NCBI GenBank assembly: GCA_963728405.1 | Contig: CAVSJV010000005.1 | Span: 384,001-448,000 of the forward strand | From: Methanomassiliicoccaceae archaeon | Lineage (GTDB): Archaea > Thermoplasmatota > Thermoplasmata > Methanomassiliicoccales > Methanomassiliicoccaceae | DNA: 64,000 nucleotides | Direction: 5' to 3' | Shown here: piece by piece, positions 33,434-44,031 of the stretch | Layout of the letters: each line of letters starts with the position of its first letter | How positions within the stretch are numbered: the stretch's first letter is position 1 | The notes under the pieces: model-generated | What the model was told of the DNA's origin: nothing | Seen by the model: the letters and a program-made list of their open reading frames with translations, nothing else | Databases searched by the model: none | Program-made: the position numbers and the translations under genes

Positions 33434-33506
33434 CGAGGGGACAATCCCTTCCCCGCTCATAGCCCTTGCCTAAGAACCGTTATGGTCCGGCGGGCGTTCA
33501 CGTCCG

Positions 33507-34169
33507 GTGATGTGGTCCCCGGAGTTCGCGCAGGCGGTGGCGGCGTTCATGCTCGTCGGAACAGCGGCCGGGGCCGTGCTCCTCTTCCGCTGGAGCGGTT
33601 TCCTGAAACCCCCTCGGTCGGTCAAGGTCATTGGAAAAGTGAACCGGGCGACCGAGGTCGCTTGGTCGCTGGCCGTGATGGCGGCCCAGTTCTGGAGCCT
33701 GGCCGTCATCATCCTGCCGCAATGGTCGTACGCTTTTCCTGCGGTAGGGGATGTACCGGACCTGGTGCAGTGGCTTGGCCTGGCCATGTGGGGTGCTGGA
33801 GGGGCGGTCATCCTGTGGGCGACCAGGGCAATGGGGGAGGCCATGAGGCCCCAGGTCCTGGTGCTGGAGGGGCAGAGATTGGTAAGGACCGGTCCGTTCG
33901 CCCGGGTCAGGCACCCCGTTTACACGGGTATCATCCTGGTGGCTCTGGGAGCCGGGTCGATCTTCCTGAGCATTCCGGCCCTGGTCGTAGCGCTGCTCAT
34001 CATTCTAATGGCGTCGTACCGGGCGAGAACGGAGGAGGAACTGCTCTCCTCCCCGGAAGCGTTCGGCGATGAGTACGCCCGATACATGGCATTGACAGGG
34101 AGGTTCCTGCCCCGGCTTCGCTCCCGCCGGGGCCGGGTCCACAGACCATGGCTCTCCTGGAGGCGATAG
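33507..34169 (+). CDS. Isoprenylcysteine carboxyl methyltransferase / PEMT family membrane protein
   Basis: LVRTGPFARVRHPVY, EEELL...FGDEY...TGRFLP. Confidence 0.88.
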   Translation: MMWSPEFAQAVAAFMLVGTAAGAVLLFRWSGFLKPPRSVKVIGKVNRATEVAWSLAVMAAQFWSLAVIILPQWSYAFPAVGDVPDLVQWLGLAMWGAGGAVILWATRAMGEAMRPQVLVLEGQRLVRTGPFARVRHPVYTGIILVALGAGSIFLSIPALVVALLIILMASYRARTEEELLSSPEAFGDEYARYMALTGRFLPRLRSRRGRVHRPWLSWRR

Positions 34170-34259
34170 GGCGTACCCGGATGCCCACGCCCAGTAATGC
34201 GGCTCCCGCCCAGGCCCGGTTCACCCGAGGAGGGGTCCGGTGTCGTCAGAAAGAGGCGC

Positions 34260-34598
34260 TCAGGCCCGTCGGGCGTAAACGACCGCCCTCATGGCCGGGA
34301 TCAGGATCAGGAGGGGCGTGAAGGCGAACAGGAGCAACAGGCTTGGGTTGCTGCCCAGATCGAACAATAGGGCCACGAACCCGGCGGCAAGGATGATCGA
34401 CCCCCACATCCTCAGTTGTCGCCCGCCGAAGCGATTGACATCCCGCCATTTCTCCTCTGACTCGAAGGCCCGGCGGACCCGGACCCCGTACCAGTGGTTC
34501 ATCTTGACCTGGCCCCTGATCAGGGGGCCGGCCAGGATGATGACCAGTCCTCCGACCATCACGTCCATGAGGCCGATGAGGATGCCCGGGGCGTCCAT
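34260..34598 (-). CDS. SdpI/YhfL-family membrane protein
   Basis: NHWYGVR...SEEKW..VNRFGG motif with 3 TM helices. Confidence 0.85.
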   Translation of the reverse strand: MDAPGILIGLMDVMVGGLVIILAGPLIRGQVKMNHWYGVRVRRAFESEEKWRDVNRFGGRQLRMWGSIILAAGFVALLFDLGSNPSLLLLFAFTPLLILIPAMRAVVYARRA

Positions 34599-34604
34599 CG
34601 TCGC

Positions 34605-35816
34605 TCAGGCCGCCTTTTGATAGGACTTCCACTTCTTCTCGAGATCGGGGTCCTGGATGGTGGCCAGGACATAGCGGGCGAACTCCTCCCCGGTGGCGCC
34701 GTTGGACCGCCCGGTCATGACCTGTCTCTTCTCGTACTGGGTGCAGACCTCCAGGGCCATCTCCAGTTTCTTCGCCTTTTCGATCATGCCGATATGGTTC
34801 ATGAGCATGGCGGTGGCCTTGATCATGGAGGACGGATCAGCATATTGGGCCCTGCCCTCGTCGACCATGCGCGGTGCGGAGCCATGGATGGCCTCGAACA
34901 TGGCATACTTCTTACCGATGTTGGCGCTTCCGGCCGTTCCCACGCCGCCCTGGATCTGGGCTGCCTCGTCGGTCAGGATATCGCCATAGAGGTTCGGGAG
35001 CACGATGACCTTGAAGTCCTTGCGGCGGTAGGGGTCGATGAGCTTGGCGGTCATGATGTCGATGAACCAGTCGTCCCACTGGATGCCAGGGTACTCCTTG
35101 GCCACTTGTCCGGCGAAGGCCAGGAACTTCCCGTCGGTGGCCTTGATCACGTTCGCTTTGGTAACCACGCTGACCTTATCGATACCGTTCTTCTTCGCGT
35201 AGTCGAAGGCGAGACGGATGATGCGGTCCGAGCCCTGGGAGGTGGCGACACAGAAATCGATGGCCAGGTCGTCGGTGACGTTGACGCCCCTGCTGCCTAG
35301 AACGTAGCTTCCCTCGGTGTTCTCCCTAAAGAACATCCAGTCCACGCCAATCTCCGGCACTCTGACCGGCCGAACGTTGGCGAACAGGTCCAGCTCCCGC
35401 CTCATGGCCACGTTGGCGCTCTCGATGTTCGGCCACGGGTCGCCCTTCTTGGGCGTGGTGGTCGGTCCCTTGAGGACGACGTGACATTCCTTGATCTCTG
35501 CCAGGACATCATCGGGAATGGCCTTCATGACCTTGACCCGGTTCTCGATGGTCAGTCCCTCGATGACCTTGATCTCGACCCTGCCGCTCTTGATCTCCTC
35601 CTTGAGCAGCTCTTCAAGTACGGTCCTGGCCGAGGCGGAGATGTACGGACCGATGCCGTCCCCGCCGCAGATGCCGATCTTGATCGTCGCGAGTTTGGTG
35701 TAGTCGGTCCAGTCCTGTCCGGACTTCATGGCCTCGACCCTCTTCAGCTGTTCCTCGAGGATCTTGCCGAAGTGCTCCTTGGCCTTCTCGATCGCCTTCA
35801 CATCGACCATGGTCAT
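34605..35816 (-). CDS. Isocitrate/homoisocitrate/isopropylmalate dehydrogenase family protein
   Basis: GDGIGP, KGPTTTP, SANVAMRRELDLFANVRP, RENTEG, NLYGDILTD, FEAIHGSAP. Confidence 0.92.
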   Translation of the reverse strand: MTMVDVKAIEKAKEHFGKILEEQLKRVEAMKSGQDWTDYTKLATIKIGICGGDGIGPYISASARTVLEELLKEEIKSGRVEIKVIEGLTIENRVKVMKAIPDDVLAEIKECHVVLKGPTTTPKKGDPWPNIESANVAMRRELDLFANVRPVRVPEIGVDWMFFRENTEGSYVLGSRGVNVTDDLAIDFCVATSQGSDRIIRLAFDYAKKNGIDKVSVVTKANVIKATDGKFLAFAGQVAKEYPGIQWDDWFIDIMTAKLIDPYRRKDFKVIVLPNLYGDILTDEAAQIQGGVGTAGSANIGKKYAMFEAIHGSAPRMVDEGRAQYADPSSMIKATAMLMNHIGMIEKAKKLEMALEVCTQYEKRQVMTGRSNGATGEEFARYVLATIQDPDLEKKWKSYQKAA

Positions 35817-35976
35817 TCCTGGTCGTTATCAGGGAACTGCTATTTTAGCAATTCCCTTGCTGGCCAGTGTGAATGATCCAGGTTCCGGGCAGCGAGTGGG
35901 CTCGGACAAAAAGGAGTGAATGATCCAACGTAAACTGGAAATGGGGGTGATGTTATTCTCTACGTGGAGGCATGGA

Positions 35977-37147
35977 ATGAAACGATTGGAGGATGTCGAG
36001 CTTCTGGACCGGAGGGTGCTGATCAGGGCGGACCTGGACGGTGCCGGGACCATCCTCGCACGAAAGCTGAAGGCCGCCACGCCGGCCATAGACCACATAC
36101 TATCCAAAGGCGGCCATCCCATAATCGCCTCGCATTGCTCGCCGATCGGAGGAGGGTTCCCCACCATGCGTTCGATGGCCGAAGGCCTATCGGCGCTCCT
36201 GGGCTGGAACTGTCCGGCTGGTGAGCGGCCCCCCGTCCTCCTGGCCGGCCGCGTTGGAAGGCGTGGCGGAAGACGAGGTGATCCTGCTGGAGAACCTGTT
36301 CATTCATCCGGGTGAAAGGGACAACGATCTCGTTCTGGCCGAGGAGCTGGCCGCTCTTGCTGATGTCTTTGTGAACGATGATTTTTCTTCGACCCCCTAT
36401 AGCCTGGCATCAACCATCGGAGTGGCCGACCGGGTAACTGAGAAGGTGATCGGGCCACGGATGTGGAGCGAACTCGACGTGGTGGATCGATCGATGAACG
36501 ATCCCCTCCGGCCATTGGTGGTCATCATCGGCGGGGACGACGCTCCCGCCAAGCTGAGGGTGGTGCGGCACTTGGTGACCAGGGCGGACCGCATATTGAT
36601 AGGGGGAGCGGTGGCCTTCACCTTTCTGGAGGCCCAGGGGATGGAGGTCGGCCTTTCCGCGGTGGCAGATGATCTGATATCGGATGCCCAAGAGATCGTA
36701 GAGATGGCCGAAGAGGAGGGCACCACTCTTGTCCTGCCGTCCGACGTGATCATGGCCAAGGCCAAGGATGCCGATGCCGAAGGGGAGGTGGTCTCGGTCA
36801 AGGACATCAATCCCCGTTGGATGGGACTGGACATCGGGCCCGTAACGGTGAACCACTTCCTGGCGGCCATCAAGGATGCCAAGACCATCATTTGGAACGG
36901 GACGATGGGGGCGTGGGAGATCGAGCAGTTCTCCATGGGCACCATGGCCATGGCCTTTGCCGTCGCCAACTCTCACGCTTACTCGATAGTGGGAGGTCGC
37001 GGAACGGTGAGCGCTCTGGAACGCTCCGGCGAGGCCGAGAAGGCCAGCTATATTTCGCTGGGAGGGGACGCTTTTAAAGCGCTCCTGTCAGGAGAACGCC
37101 TTCCCGGCGCCGAGAAGCTGGGATGGCGGCCTCGCGAACCATTATAG
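35977..37147 (+). CDS. pgk: Divergent phosphoglycerate kinase homologue; one extra base near 36211
   Basis: RVLIRADL, LLENL, VFVND, LIGG, GLDIGP, TIIWNG.MG..E; GGAGG RBS; many substrate-binding residues substituted. Confidence 0.8.
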
Positions 37148-37364
37148 AATTAAAAGGTTTGAAAGGGCTCAGAGCCCGAGGTGGGCAGGGAGAGCGCACT
37201 AGTAATGCCCGCTACGGCGGACCCGATAACGAAGGACCATCGCTAGACGGGGCGTCTAGATCTCTTCGATCTGGATAATCTGAGATCATGGATCACACTT
37301 GTTCACTCGTGATCGCTCCGGCCAAGGTCGGTGACCACAGCTACCTGTAGACGCAGGAATTAAG

Positions 37365-38657
37365 GTGGGTGGGCGCGATGTCGCAAGACCAAGGGGGGGC
37401 GTGAGGGTGGAGAACGGGTGGACCAGAAGATTCTTTATCGTTTGGACCGGCCAGGCCTTCTCGTTGGTCGGGAGCGCGCTGGTGCAGTTCGCCCTCATGC
37501 TCTGGTTGGCCGTCACCACCGGTTCCCCGGTGATGCTGGCCATCGCGGCAGCGATGGGTGTACTGCCGCAGGTGTTCCTGACCCCTTTCGCCGGCGCCTA
37601 CGTGGACCGGCTGAACCGCAAGCGGGTGATGATCGCCGCTGACGCCCTGACCGCCTTCGCCACGCTTCTTCTAATGATATCGTTCGCCCTGGGCACGGTG
37701 GAGCTGTGGCAGGTGTTCTTGGCATTGCTCTTCCGGTCGGCCATGCAGGGGTTCCACTGGCCGGCCATGCAGGCCTCTACCACCCTGATGGTGCCGGAGC
37801 ACCATCTGGCCCGCATCGGCGGGCTCAACCAGACCATACTGGGCCTATCGACCATCCTGGCTCCGGCGCTGGGGGCGCTCCTTTTCGTCTCCTTGCCCAT
37901 GTTCCTGGTCCTTTCCGTCGACCTGATCACCGCAGCCGTGGCGATAGCCTCGCTGGTGGCCGTGCGAATTCCGGAGGTCCAGAGGGCGGCCGTGAGGGCG
38001 ACCACATCCGTCATCGCCGAGCTTAAGGACGCCTTTAGGTACCTCCGCTCATGGAGAGGTATGCTCGTGGTTGTGGCGATCTTCTCGGTGGTCAACTTCC
38101 TGATCACGCCGGCCTTCACGCTGTTCTCCCTCCTGACCCTCAACTACTTTGGACAAGGACCCTACGAGGTGGCCCTGGTCGAGTCGATGGCAGGAGTAGG
38201 TATGATCACGGGAGGGGTATTGCTGGGTGTGTGGGGTGGGAGCAAGAAAAAGATCGTTACCTGCATGGCCGCGCTGACCCTATCCGGCGGGGGGGTCCTA
38301 GTCATTGGGTTCCTGCCAACAGATGCCTTCCTGATCGCGGTAGCCGCAACCCTGGTCATCGGCTTGAACCTCGCCATCGTCAATGGGACGACTATGGCCA
38401 TCATGCAGAAAGGCGTGCGGGCAGATATGCAGGGTCGGGTGTTCGCGTTGTTGGGGAGCATATCGGCTGGCATGAGCCCCCTTGGCCTGGTGCTGGCCGG
38501 CCCGATCGCGGAGCTGTTCGGCATACAACTATGGTTCATCCTGGGCGGGCTGGTCATGACCATCATAGGTGCAGCGTCGTTCTTCCTGCCCCTGATCATG
38601 CGGATGGAAGAACGGGTGGCGGAGCCGGTGCAGCTGGAACCTCTTCCTCCGGCGTAG
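37365..38657 (+). CDS. MFS transporter (MefA/DHA3-like efflux)
   Basis: WTGQAFSLVGS, GAYVDRLNRKRVMIAAD, MQGRVF; about 12 TM helices. Start may be GTG at 37407. Confidence 0.9.
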   Translation: MGGRDVARPRGGVRVENGWTRRFFIVWTGQAFSLVGSALVQFALMLWLAVTTGSPVMLAIAAAMGVLPQVFLTPFAGAYVDRLNRKRVMIAADALTAFATLLLMISFALGTVELWQVFLALLFRSAMQGFHWPAMQASTTLMVPEHHLARIGGLNQTILGLSTILAPALGALLFVSLPMFLVLSVDLITAAVAIASLVAVRIPEVQRAAVRATTSVIAELKDAFRYLRSWRGMLVVVAIFSVVNFLITPAFTLFSLLTLNYFGQGPYEVALVESMAGVGMITGGVLLGVWGGSKKKIVTCMAALTLSGGGVLVIGFLPTDAFLIAVAATLVIGLNLAIVNGTTMAIMQKGVRADMQGRVFALLGSISAGMSPLGLVLAGPIAELFGIQLWFILGGLVMTIIGAASFFLPLIMRMEERVAEPVQLEPLPPA

Positions 38658-38712
38658 CCGTGCCTTGTTGCCCGAGATATCATCATAAAGTTCGAGAGAG
38701 GATATTATCAAC

Positions 38713-40737
38713 ATGAACGGGGAGCACGGGCCCCATCATGACATGGAAATGTCCACCCCATCGGGATCTGGGCCTCATGACGGGGGCCACATGTCAAAGG
38801 GGCACGAGGGTCATGGGTCGATGCTACTGGACCTGCGGAAGAGATTCCTGATCTGTATCATACTTACCGTGCCCATCCTCATCCTCACTCCCGAGGTCCA
38901 GGACCTGTTCGGGCTGAAACTGGACATCCCTTATTCGGATCTCCTATTGCTCGCCCTGTCCACCATCGTCTTCGCGTACGGCGGCTGGCCGTTCCTCAAG
39001 GGCCTGGTCAAGGAGCTGAGGACCCATCGTCCGGGAATGATGACCCTTATCGGTCTGGCCATCAGCGTCGCTTACATCTACAGCGCCGCCTCGGTACTGT
39101 TCCTCGGCGGGAGCGTGTTCTTCTGGGAGCTGGCCACCCTGATCGACATCATGCTCCTCGGGCATTGGCTGGAGATGCGTTCGGTGCAGGGGGCCTCGAG
39201 AGCGTTGGAGGAGCTGGCCAAGATAATGCCCGCCGATGCGGACCTCGTTAGCGGAACCGAGACCCGGAAGGTGCCGGTGGAAAGCCTGCGCCCCGGGGAC
39301 CTTGTGCTCGTTCGTCCAGGGACCAAGGTTCCGGTGGATGGCGAGGTGGTCGATGGGGAGAGCGAGGTGAACGAGGCCCTGCTCACCGGCGAATCACGCC
39401 CGGTGCCCAAGCGTCCGGGGAACGGGGTTATCGGCGGAGCTATCAATGGGGAAGGCTCCCTTACGGTCCGAGTGACCAAAACTGGCGAGGAAACGTACCT
39501 CAGCCAGGTCATCGACCTGGTCCGGAAGGCCCAAGGATCCCGGTCCCGCAGCCAGGACCTCGCCGACCGCGCCGCCCTCTCCCTAACCATCGTCGCGATC
39601 GCTTCAGGGGTGGTGACCCTCATCGCCTGGGCCCTCGTCGGCGCAGGGACCGGTTACGCCATCGAGCGGGCCGTTACTGTCATGGTCATCTGCTGCCCCC
39701 ACGCGCTCGGGCTGGCCATACCGTTGGTGGTGGCCATATCCACCGTCCTTGCCGCGCGCTCGGGCTTCCTTATCCGAGAACGGAACGCGTTCGAACGGGC
39801 CAGGAAGGTCGATATCGTCGTGTTCGACAAGACTGGCACCCTTACCGAGGGCCGCTTCCGAGTGGCGTCCATTGTGCCGATGGGGATGAGCGAGGAGGAT
39901 GTGCTCGCCATAGCTGGGGCGTTGGAATCCCGCTCCGAACATTCCATCGCCCGGGGGATCGTGGCCTCGGTGAACGAGCGAGGCATAGCCCTCCGTAACC
40001 CGGAGAACTTCCGGGCCGTTCCTGGGAAAGGGGTCCAGGGGACCGTGGATGGTATCGATTACGCCCTCCTTTCCCCGGGAGCGGTGAGGGAACGAGGCAT
40101 CACTATCGATGAAAGCGCCTTGAGCAAGGCAGCCTCTGGGGGGCGGACGGTGATCGTCCTCGTGGAAGGGACCAGGGCGTTGGGGGCTATCGCCGTCGCC
40201 GATCGCATACGAAAGGAATCGAAGGAGGCGATCGTCACCCTCCAGCGGGCGGGGGTCCGGTGCGTCATGCTCACCGGCGACAGCGCCGCGGTCGCCGAGT
40301 CGGTTTCGAGGGAGCTCGGTCTCGACGAGTTCAGGGCCGAGGTCGCTCCGTCCCGCAAGGCCGAGGTCATAAGAGAGATGCAGGACGGACAGGTGGTGGC
40401 CATGGTCGGCGATGGGGTCAATGATGCCCCGGCACTGGTCCAAGCGGACCTCGGAGTGGCCATTGGTGCCGGTACCGACGTCGCGGTGGAGTCGGCGGAC
40501 ATCATCCTGGTCAGGAACGACCCCCGGGACGTGCCGAAGATCATCGCCCTATCGACGCGGACCTATTCCAAGATGGTCCAGAACCTGCTCTACGCCACCG
40601 GCTACAACGCGGTGGCGATACCGCTGGCCGCCGGTGTGCTCGCTACCGAAGGCATTGTACTGACCCCGGCCATAGGGGCGGCGCTGATGAGCGCATCGAC
40701 CATCGTCGTGGCGATCAACGCCCGTCAGCTGCGCTAG
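38713..40737 (+). CDS. copB: Copper-translocating P1B-3 ATPase (CopB type)
   Basis: His-rich N-terminus, TGES, CPH in the TM, DKTGT, GDGVND, YN and MSxS motifs. Confidence 0.9.
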   Translation: MNGEHGPHHDMEMSTPSGSGPHDGGHMSKGHEGHGSMLLDLRKRFLICIILTVPILILTPEVQDLFGLKLDIPYSDLLLLALSTIVFAYGGWPFLKGLVKELRTHRPGMMTLIGLAISVAYIYSAASVLFLGGSVFFWELATLIDIMLLGHWLEMRSVQGASRALEELAKIMPADADLVSGTETRKVPVESLRPGDLVLVRPGTKVPVDGEVVDGESEVNEALLTGESRPVPKRPGNGVIGGAINGEGSLTVRVTKTGEETYLSQVIDLVRKAQGSRSRSQDLADRAALSLTIVAIASGVVTLIAWALVGAGTGYAIERAVTVMVICCPHALGLAIPLVVAISTVLAARSGFLIRERNAFERARKVDIVVFDKTGTLTEGRFRVASIVPMGMSEEDVLAIAGALESRSEHSIARGIVASVNERGIALRNPENFRAVPGKGVQGTVDGIDYALLSPGAVRERGITIDESALSKAASGGRTVIVLVEGTRALGAIAVADRIRKESKEAIVTLQRAGVRCVMLTGDSAAVAESVSRELGLDEFRAEVAPSRKAEVIREMQDGQVVAMVGDGVNDAPALVQADLGVAIGAGTDVAVESADIILVRNDPRDVPKIIALSTRTYSKMVQNLLYATGYNAVAIPLAAGVLATEGIVLTPAIGAALMSASTIVVAINARQLR

Positions 40738-40757
40738 GAAAAAGCATAATACGCCCG

Positions 40758-41174
40758 GTGAACCTTGGCGGAGCGATGCGATGCTCCCATTGCCAGAAGT
40801 GCTGTCAGGACACCATGATGGAGCTTTGTGAGGCGGACATCGCCCGCCTGGAGCGACGCGGTCACAAGCGCCAGGACTTCTGCTATATCGGCGTGGACCT
40901 GATCCCCCGTCTGAGGAACGTGGAAGTGTGGTGCTTCTTCTATGATCCGGAAAAGAAGAGGTGCCGTGAATACTCATCGCGACCGCTGGGCTGCGCCCTC
41001 TACCCGGTCAACATCGACGAGGACGGTGAGTTCGTCATCGATGGCCTGTGCCCCGAGGCGAAGAGCATCACCCGACAAGAGCTGCAGCTCAAGGGAAAGC
41101 GGCTGAAGATGCTGCTGGACACCATCGATGCAGAGTCCCGGAAGCGGGAGAAGCAACAGGCCGGCCGTCGTTAA
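40758..41174 (+). CDS. YkgJ-family CxxCxxCC cysteine cluster protein
   Basis: CSHCQKCC, CFFYD...C..Y..RP..C..YP. Confidence 0.88.
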   Translation: MNLGGAMRCSHCQKCCQDTMMELCEADIARLERRGHKRQDFCYIGVDLIPRLRNVEVWCFFYDPEKKRCREYSSRPLGCALYPVNIDEDGEFVIDGLCPEAKSITRQELQLKGKRLKMLLDTIDAESRKREKQQAGRR

Positions 41175-41287
41175 AAGGGTCGGTCAGGGCAGGCCGATCT
41201 TTCCTCATATTATAAAAAAATCATCATTCATGTTGCCAAAATATATCAGGCCTGTTGCCATACGCTGATTAATAAAGGGATGCATCT

Positions 41288-41905
41288 ATGAAATGTAATA
41301 ATTGTGGAAATGTTAACGCCGAGGGAGCGACGTTCTGCACGGAGTGCGGCGGTCGTTTGGTCGCCGCGGCAGCTCCGGCGGTACAACCCGCCGCTCCAGC
41401 GCAGCCGGTCCAGCCGCAACCGCAGGGGCCCCCCCAGCAGCAATACGCGCCGCAGCAGTATCCCCCGGCACCCCCGCGGTATGACCAGGGGCCGTCGCAG
41501 TACGGGGCGCAATATCAACGGCCCTACCGGCAACCGAAAGTGCCGACAATAAAGAGCGTCCACCTCGGAGATGTGCTGTTCCTCATCTCCGCCGTGCTCC
41601 TGTTAGGGGTGGGGCTGGAGAACTTCAGCAACATCACGGGTTTCGTTCGCGCCCAGTACATAATCCTAGGTCTGGTGGCCATCGTGGGGGGACTCCTCAT
41701 GATGGCCATGGTCGTCATGCCCGAGCTGCTCAAGCCGTTGGAACAAAATATGGATATGCTGGTCCTGGCGTTCTCGCTGGTCTTCCTGCTCTGGGGCCTG
41801 GTGGCCACGTTCGCCAACAACGTCGGCTTCTACGGGGGCTTCTTGTTCGCCGCGGGTCTGTTCGGCCTGGCCGGTAGCGGGCTGAGGATGGGTCTGATAA
41901 AATAA
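41288..41905 (+). CDS. Zinc-ribbon / Pro-Gln-rich membrane protein
   Basis: CNNCG...FCTECG, P/Q/Y-rich linker, four C-terminal TM helices. Confidence 0.8.
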   Translation: MKCNNCGNVNAEGATFCTECGGRLVAAAAPAVQPAAPAQPVQPQPQGPPQQQYAPQQYPPAPPRYDQGPSQYGAQYQRPYRQPKVPTIKSVHLGDVLFLISAVLLLGVGLENFSNITGFVRAQYIILGLVAIVGGLLMMAMVVMPELLKPLEQNMDMLVLAFSLVFLLWGLVATFANNVGFYGGFLFAAGLFGLAGSGLRMGLIK

Positions 41906-41917
41906 GCACGAAATGAT

Positions 41918-41955
41918 GGCGCGGGGATCCCCGCGCCCCTTTACTTTTTTATTTC
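41918..41955 (+). terminator. Perfect 20-bp palindrome GGCGCGGGGATCCCCGCGCC plus T-tract
   Basis: Between convergent genes, followed by TTTACTTTTTTATTT. Confidence 0.75.
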
Positions 41956-42026
41956 GTGGCCGATCGATGGGCCGAGCCCATCCTCGCGGCACAGGCCCTG
42001 CGATATATCGACGCGGGACCTTTTCG

Positions 42027-43037
42027 TCAGAGGGCCATCGTCGCCGCCCCCACTGCCCCGGCCAGGTCCCCGAGCGAGGCGGGAACGATGCTCAGCCCGT
42101 TCAGTGCCGGTCGGAGGCACGACCTCAATGAGCCCTCCACTACCATATCGTAAAGCTGGGGGAACCCAACGAGCACCGTTCCGCCCAGCACCACCCGTTC
42201 GGGATTCAATGAGTTGATAACGCTGGCCACCGCCGATGATAGCGCCTCGGCCATTTCGTCGCGGACCCGCAGGGCGAAACGGTCGCCGCGGTGTGCGGCC
42301 TCCCCCACCAGGCGGGAGTCGATGCTCGTCACCTTCCCTCTCGATAGGGAACGCAGCATCTCACTCTCTCCGAAATCCTTGCTCAGCGCTTCCTGAGCGC
42401 GACGGGCCACCGCCCACCCCCCGGCGTACGCCTCTACGCAGCCTTTTCGACCGCAGGTGCAGGCCGGACCGTCTATCTGCACCGACACGTGACCAAAGTG
42501 TCCGCCGCATCCGGTAGCGCCTTCCAGAAGCTGCCCGTTGACGATAGCTCCGCCCCCTATGCCGGTCCCAACAAACAGACATACTAGGTTTCCGCTCCCA
42601 CGACCGGCACCGTGCTTCCACTCCCCCGCCGTGGCCATAGCCACATCGTTCCTTAGTATGGTGGGAAGATGATTGGTTGCTTCGGAAATCATGCGCTCTA
42701 ACGGTTCATCGTTCCACCATAGGTTGGGGCCGTACCGGACCACCCCCCGACGGATGTCGACCTGACCGGCGATCCCCACACCCACTCCGGACGGAGGAGA
42801 GGTCTCGCTCTCACGTAGCGTCAGGACGGCCGATCTCACCTGTTCGATCACGCTCCGCGGCCCGCCCGGGACGTTGGTGGGGAACTTCAAGACCTCGAGC
42901 ACTTCGCCATGCGAGACCTTCGCCACGCGGGTGTTGGTACAACCAATGTCGGCGCCTATTGACCAGGGTCCGCTCACGATCGGTCCATGTTCCGGGAACT
43001 TCAAAGAACTTGCTCTCCGCTGCAGGAGCTTTGCCAA
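42027..43037 (-). CDS. ROK-family sugar kinase (glucokinase-like)
   Basis: GADIGCT, NDVAMATAGE, GTGIGGG, FGH, CTCGRKGCVE. Start uncertain. Confidence 0.9.
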   Translation of the reverse strand: MAKLLQRRASSLKFPEHGPIVSGPWSIGADIGCTNTRVAKVSHGEVLEVLKFPTNVPGGPRSVIEQVRSAVLTLRESETSPPSGVGVGIAGQVDIRRGVVRYGPNLWWNDEPLERMISEATNHLPTILRNDVAMATAGEWKHGAGRGSGNLVCLFVGTGIGGGAIVNGQLLEGATGCGGHFGHVSVQIDGPACTCGRKGCVEAYAGGWAVARRAQEALSKDFGESEMLRSLSRGKVTSIDSRLVGEAAHRGDRFALRVRDEMAEALSSAVASVINSLNPERVVLGGTVLVGFPQLYDMVVEGSLRSCLRPALNGLSIVPASLGDLAGAVGAATMAL

Positions 43038-43139
43038 GCAAGGACCATACGATCTTCGTTATCCGACGCGCCCTCCACCTCAAACGGGGGTTGACTCGAT
43101 AACATATGATGTCGGAGATCATTAGCCTTATTATCCATC

Positions 43140-43759
43140 ATCAGCAACGGCAGGAAGTCCGATAAAGTTCGACGAGAAGGACCGCATCATCATCTCCATG
43201 TACGCGGAAGATCCCGATATATCGTAAAAGAAGATCGCCACCCGCATCCACATGACCCAGCCAGCCGTCGCCGCTCGGGTGGCGTGGCTCCGCAAGAACG
43301 GTGGCCTGGGGAAGCTGCTGGGCGTCAACCCCATGAGGATGGGCATGTTCCTGGCTAAGGCCGATGTGTCCTCCACCGAGCCGTATAGGCTCCTGAAGGA
43401 GTTCCGGAACTGTTCCTTCTTCGCCAACGGCTTTCCGTCTCCGGAACCTTTGTCTGCTGTTCTTCAGCGAGAGCGCCTCCACGCCCGAGTCCATCGTCGA
43501 CTGTTACAGCTATCAGGACCCGTCGGTCAAGGACGTGGACTTTGACATCGTGATCAACTCGGAAAAGGAGTACCCCATCGCTATCAAGCTGAAGCCGGAG
43601 CTATGCGATGAAGCGCCCTGCGGCAAGGAGGGCATGTGCTTCGATTGCACTAGCTTCGAGGAAGAGAGGTGTATGGGCTGCCCGGCCACGGGCCAGTATC
43701 GCGGCCGCTTCTACGACTCGCGGTGGGGAACGGCAACGGTCCCGGTCATTGAAATATGA
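43140..43759 (+). pseudogene. Disrupted Lrp/AsnC-like HTH regulator with a C-terminal Cys cluster
   Basis: FDEKDRIIISMYAEDPDIS*KKIATRIHMTQPAVAARV contains an in-frame TAA (~43225); frame break near 43440; tail PCG...CFDC......CMGCPAT. Confidence 0.75.
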
Positions 43760-43803
43760 AAAAGGGGCGCCGAGGCCGCTCTGGTCGGCCGCCCCCATTG
43801 AGA

Positions 43804-44005
43804 TCAGTAACCTGTTTTCTTGCCAGTCAGGATCATGATGTCGACGCGGATGATGGCCATGTCGCCAACACCCTCGTCGGCATATTTTAACGCGGCATTT
43901 CCGAACATATGGGCCATGATGATTCCATAGCCTTGCGTTTCTCGGCGAGGTCCTCGACCATCTTGGCCCGTCCGGTCCCGACCACGCTCTTGAAATTAGC
44001 AGCGG
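43804..44005 (-). pseudogene. 3' fragment of a second PNPOx/NimA-like gene
   Basis: Manual translation NFKSVVGTGRAKMVEDLAEKRKAME/IIMAHMFG...IIRVDIMILTGKKTGY* aligns with the C-terminus of 32972-33433. Confidence 0.75.
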
Positions 44006-44031
44006 CCCGGCCGGCGATATGAACGGCGTCG

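Noticed and set aside
41380-41535. Repetitive CAG/CCG-rich DNA
   Set aside because: Encodes the Pro/Gln-rich linker of the zinc-ribbon membrane protein; not a DNA repeat element.
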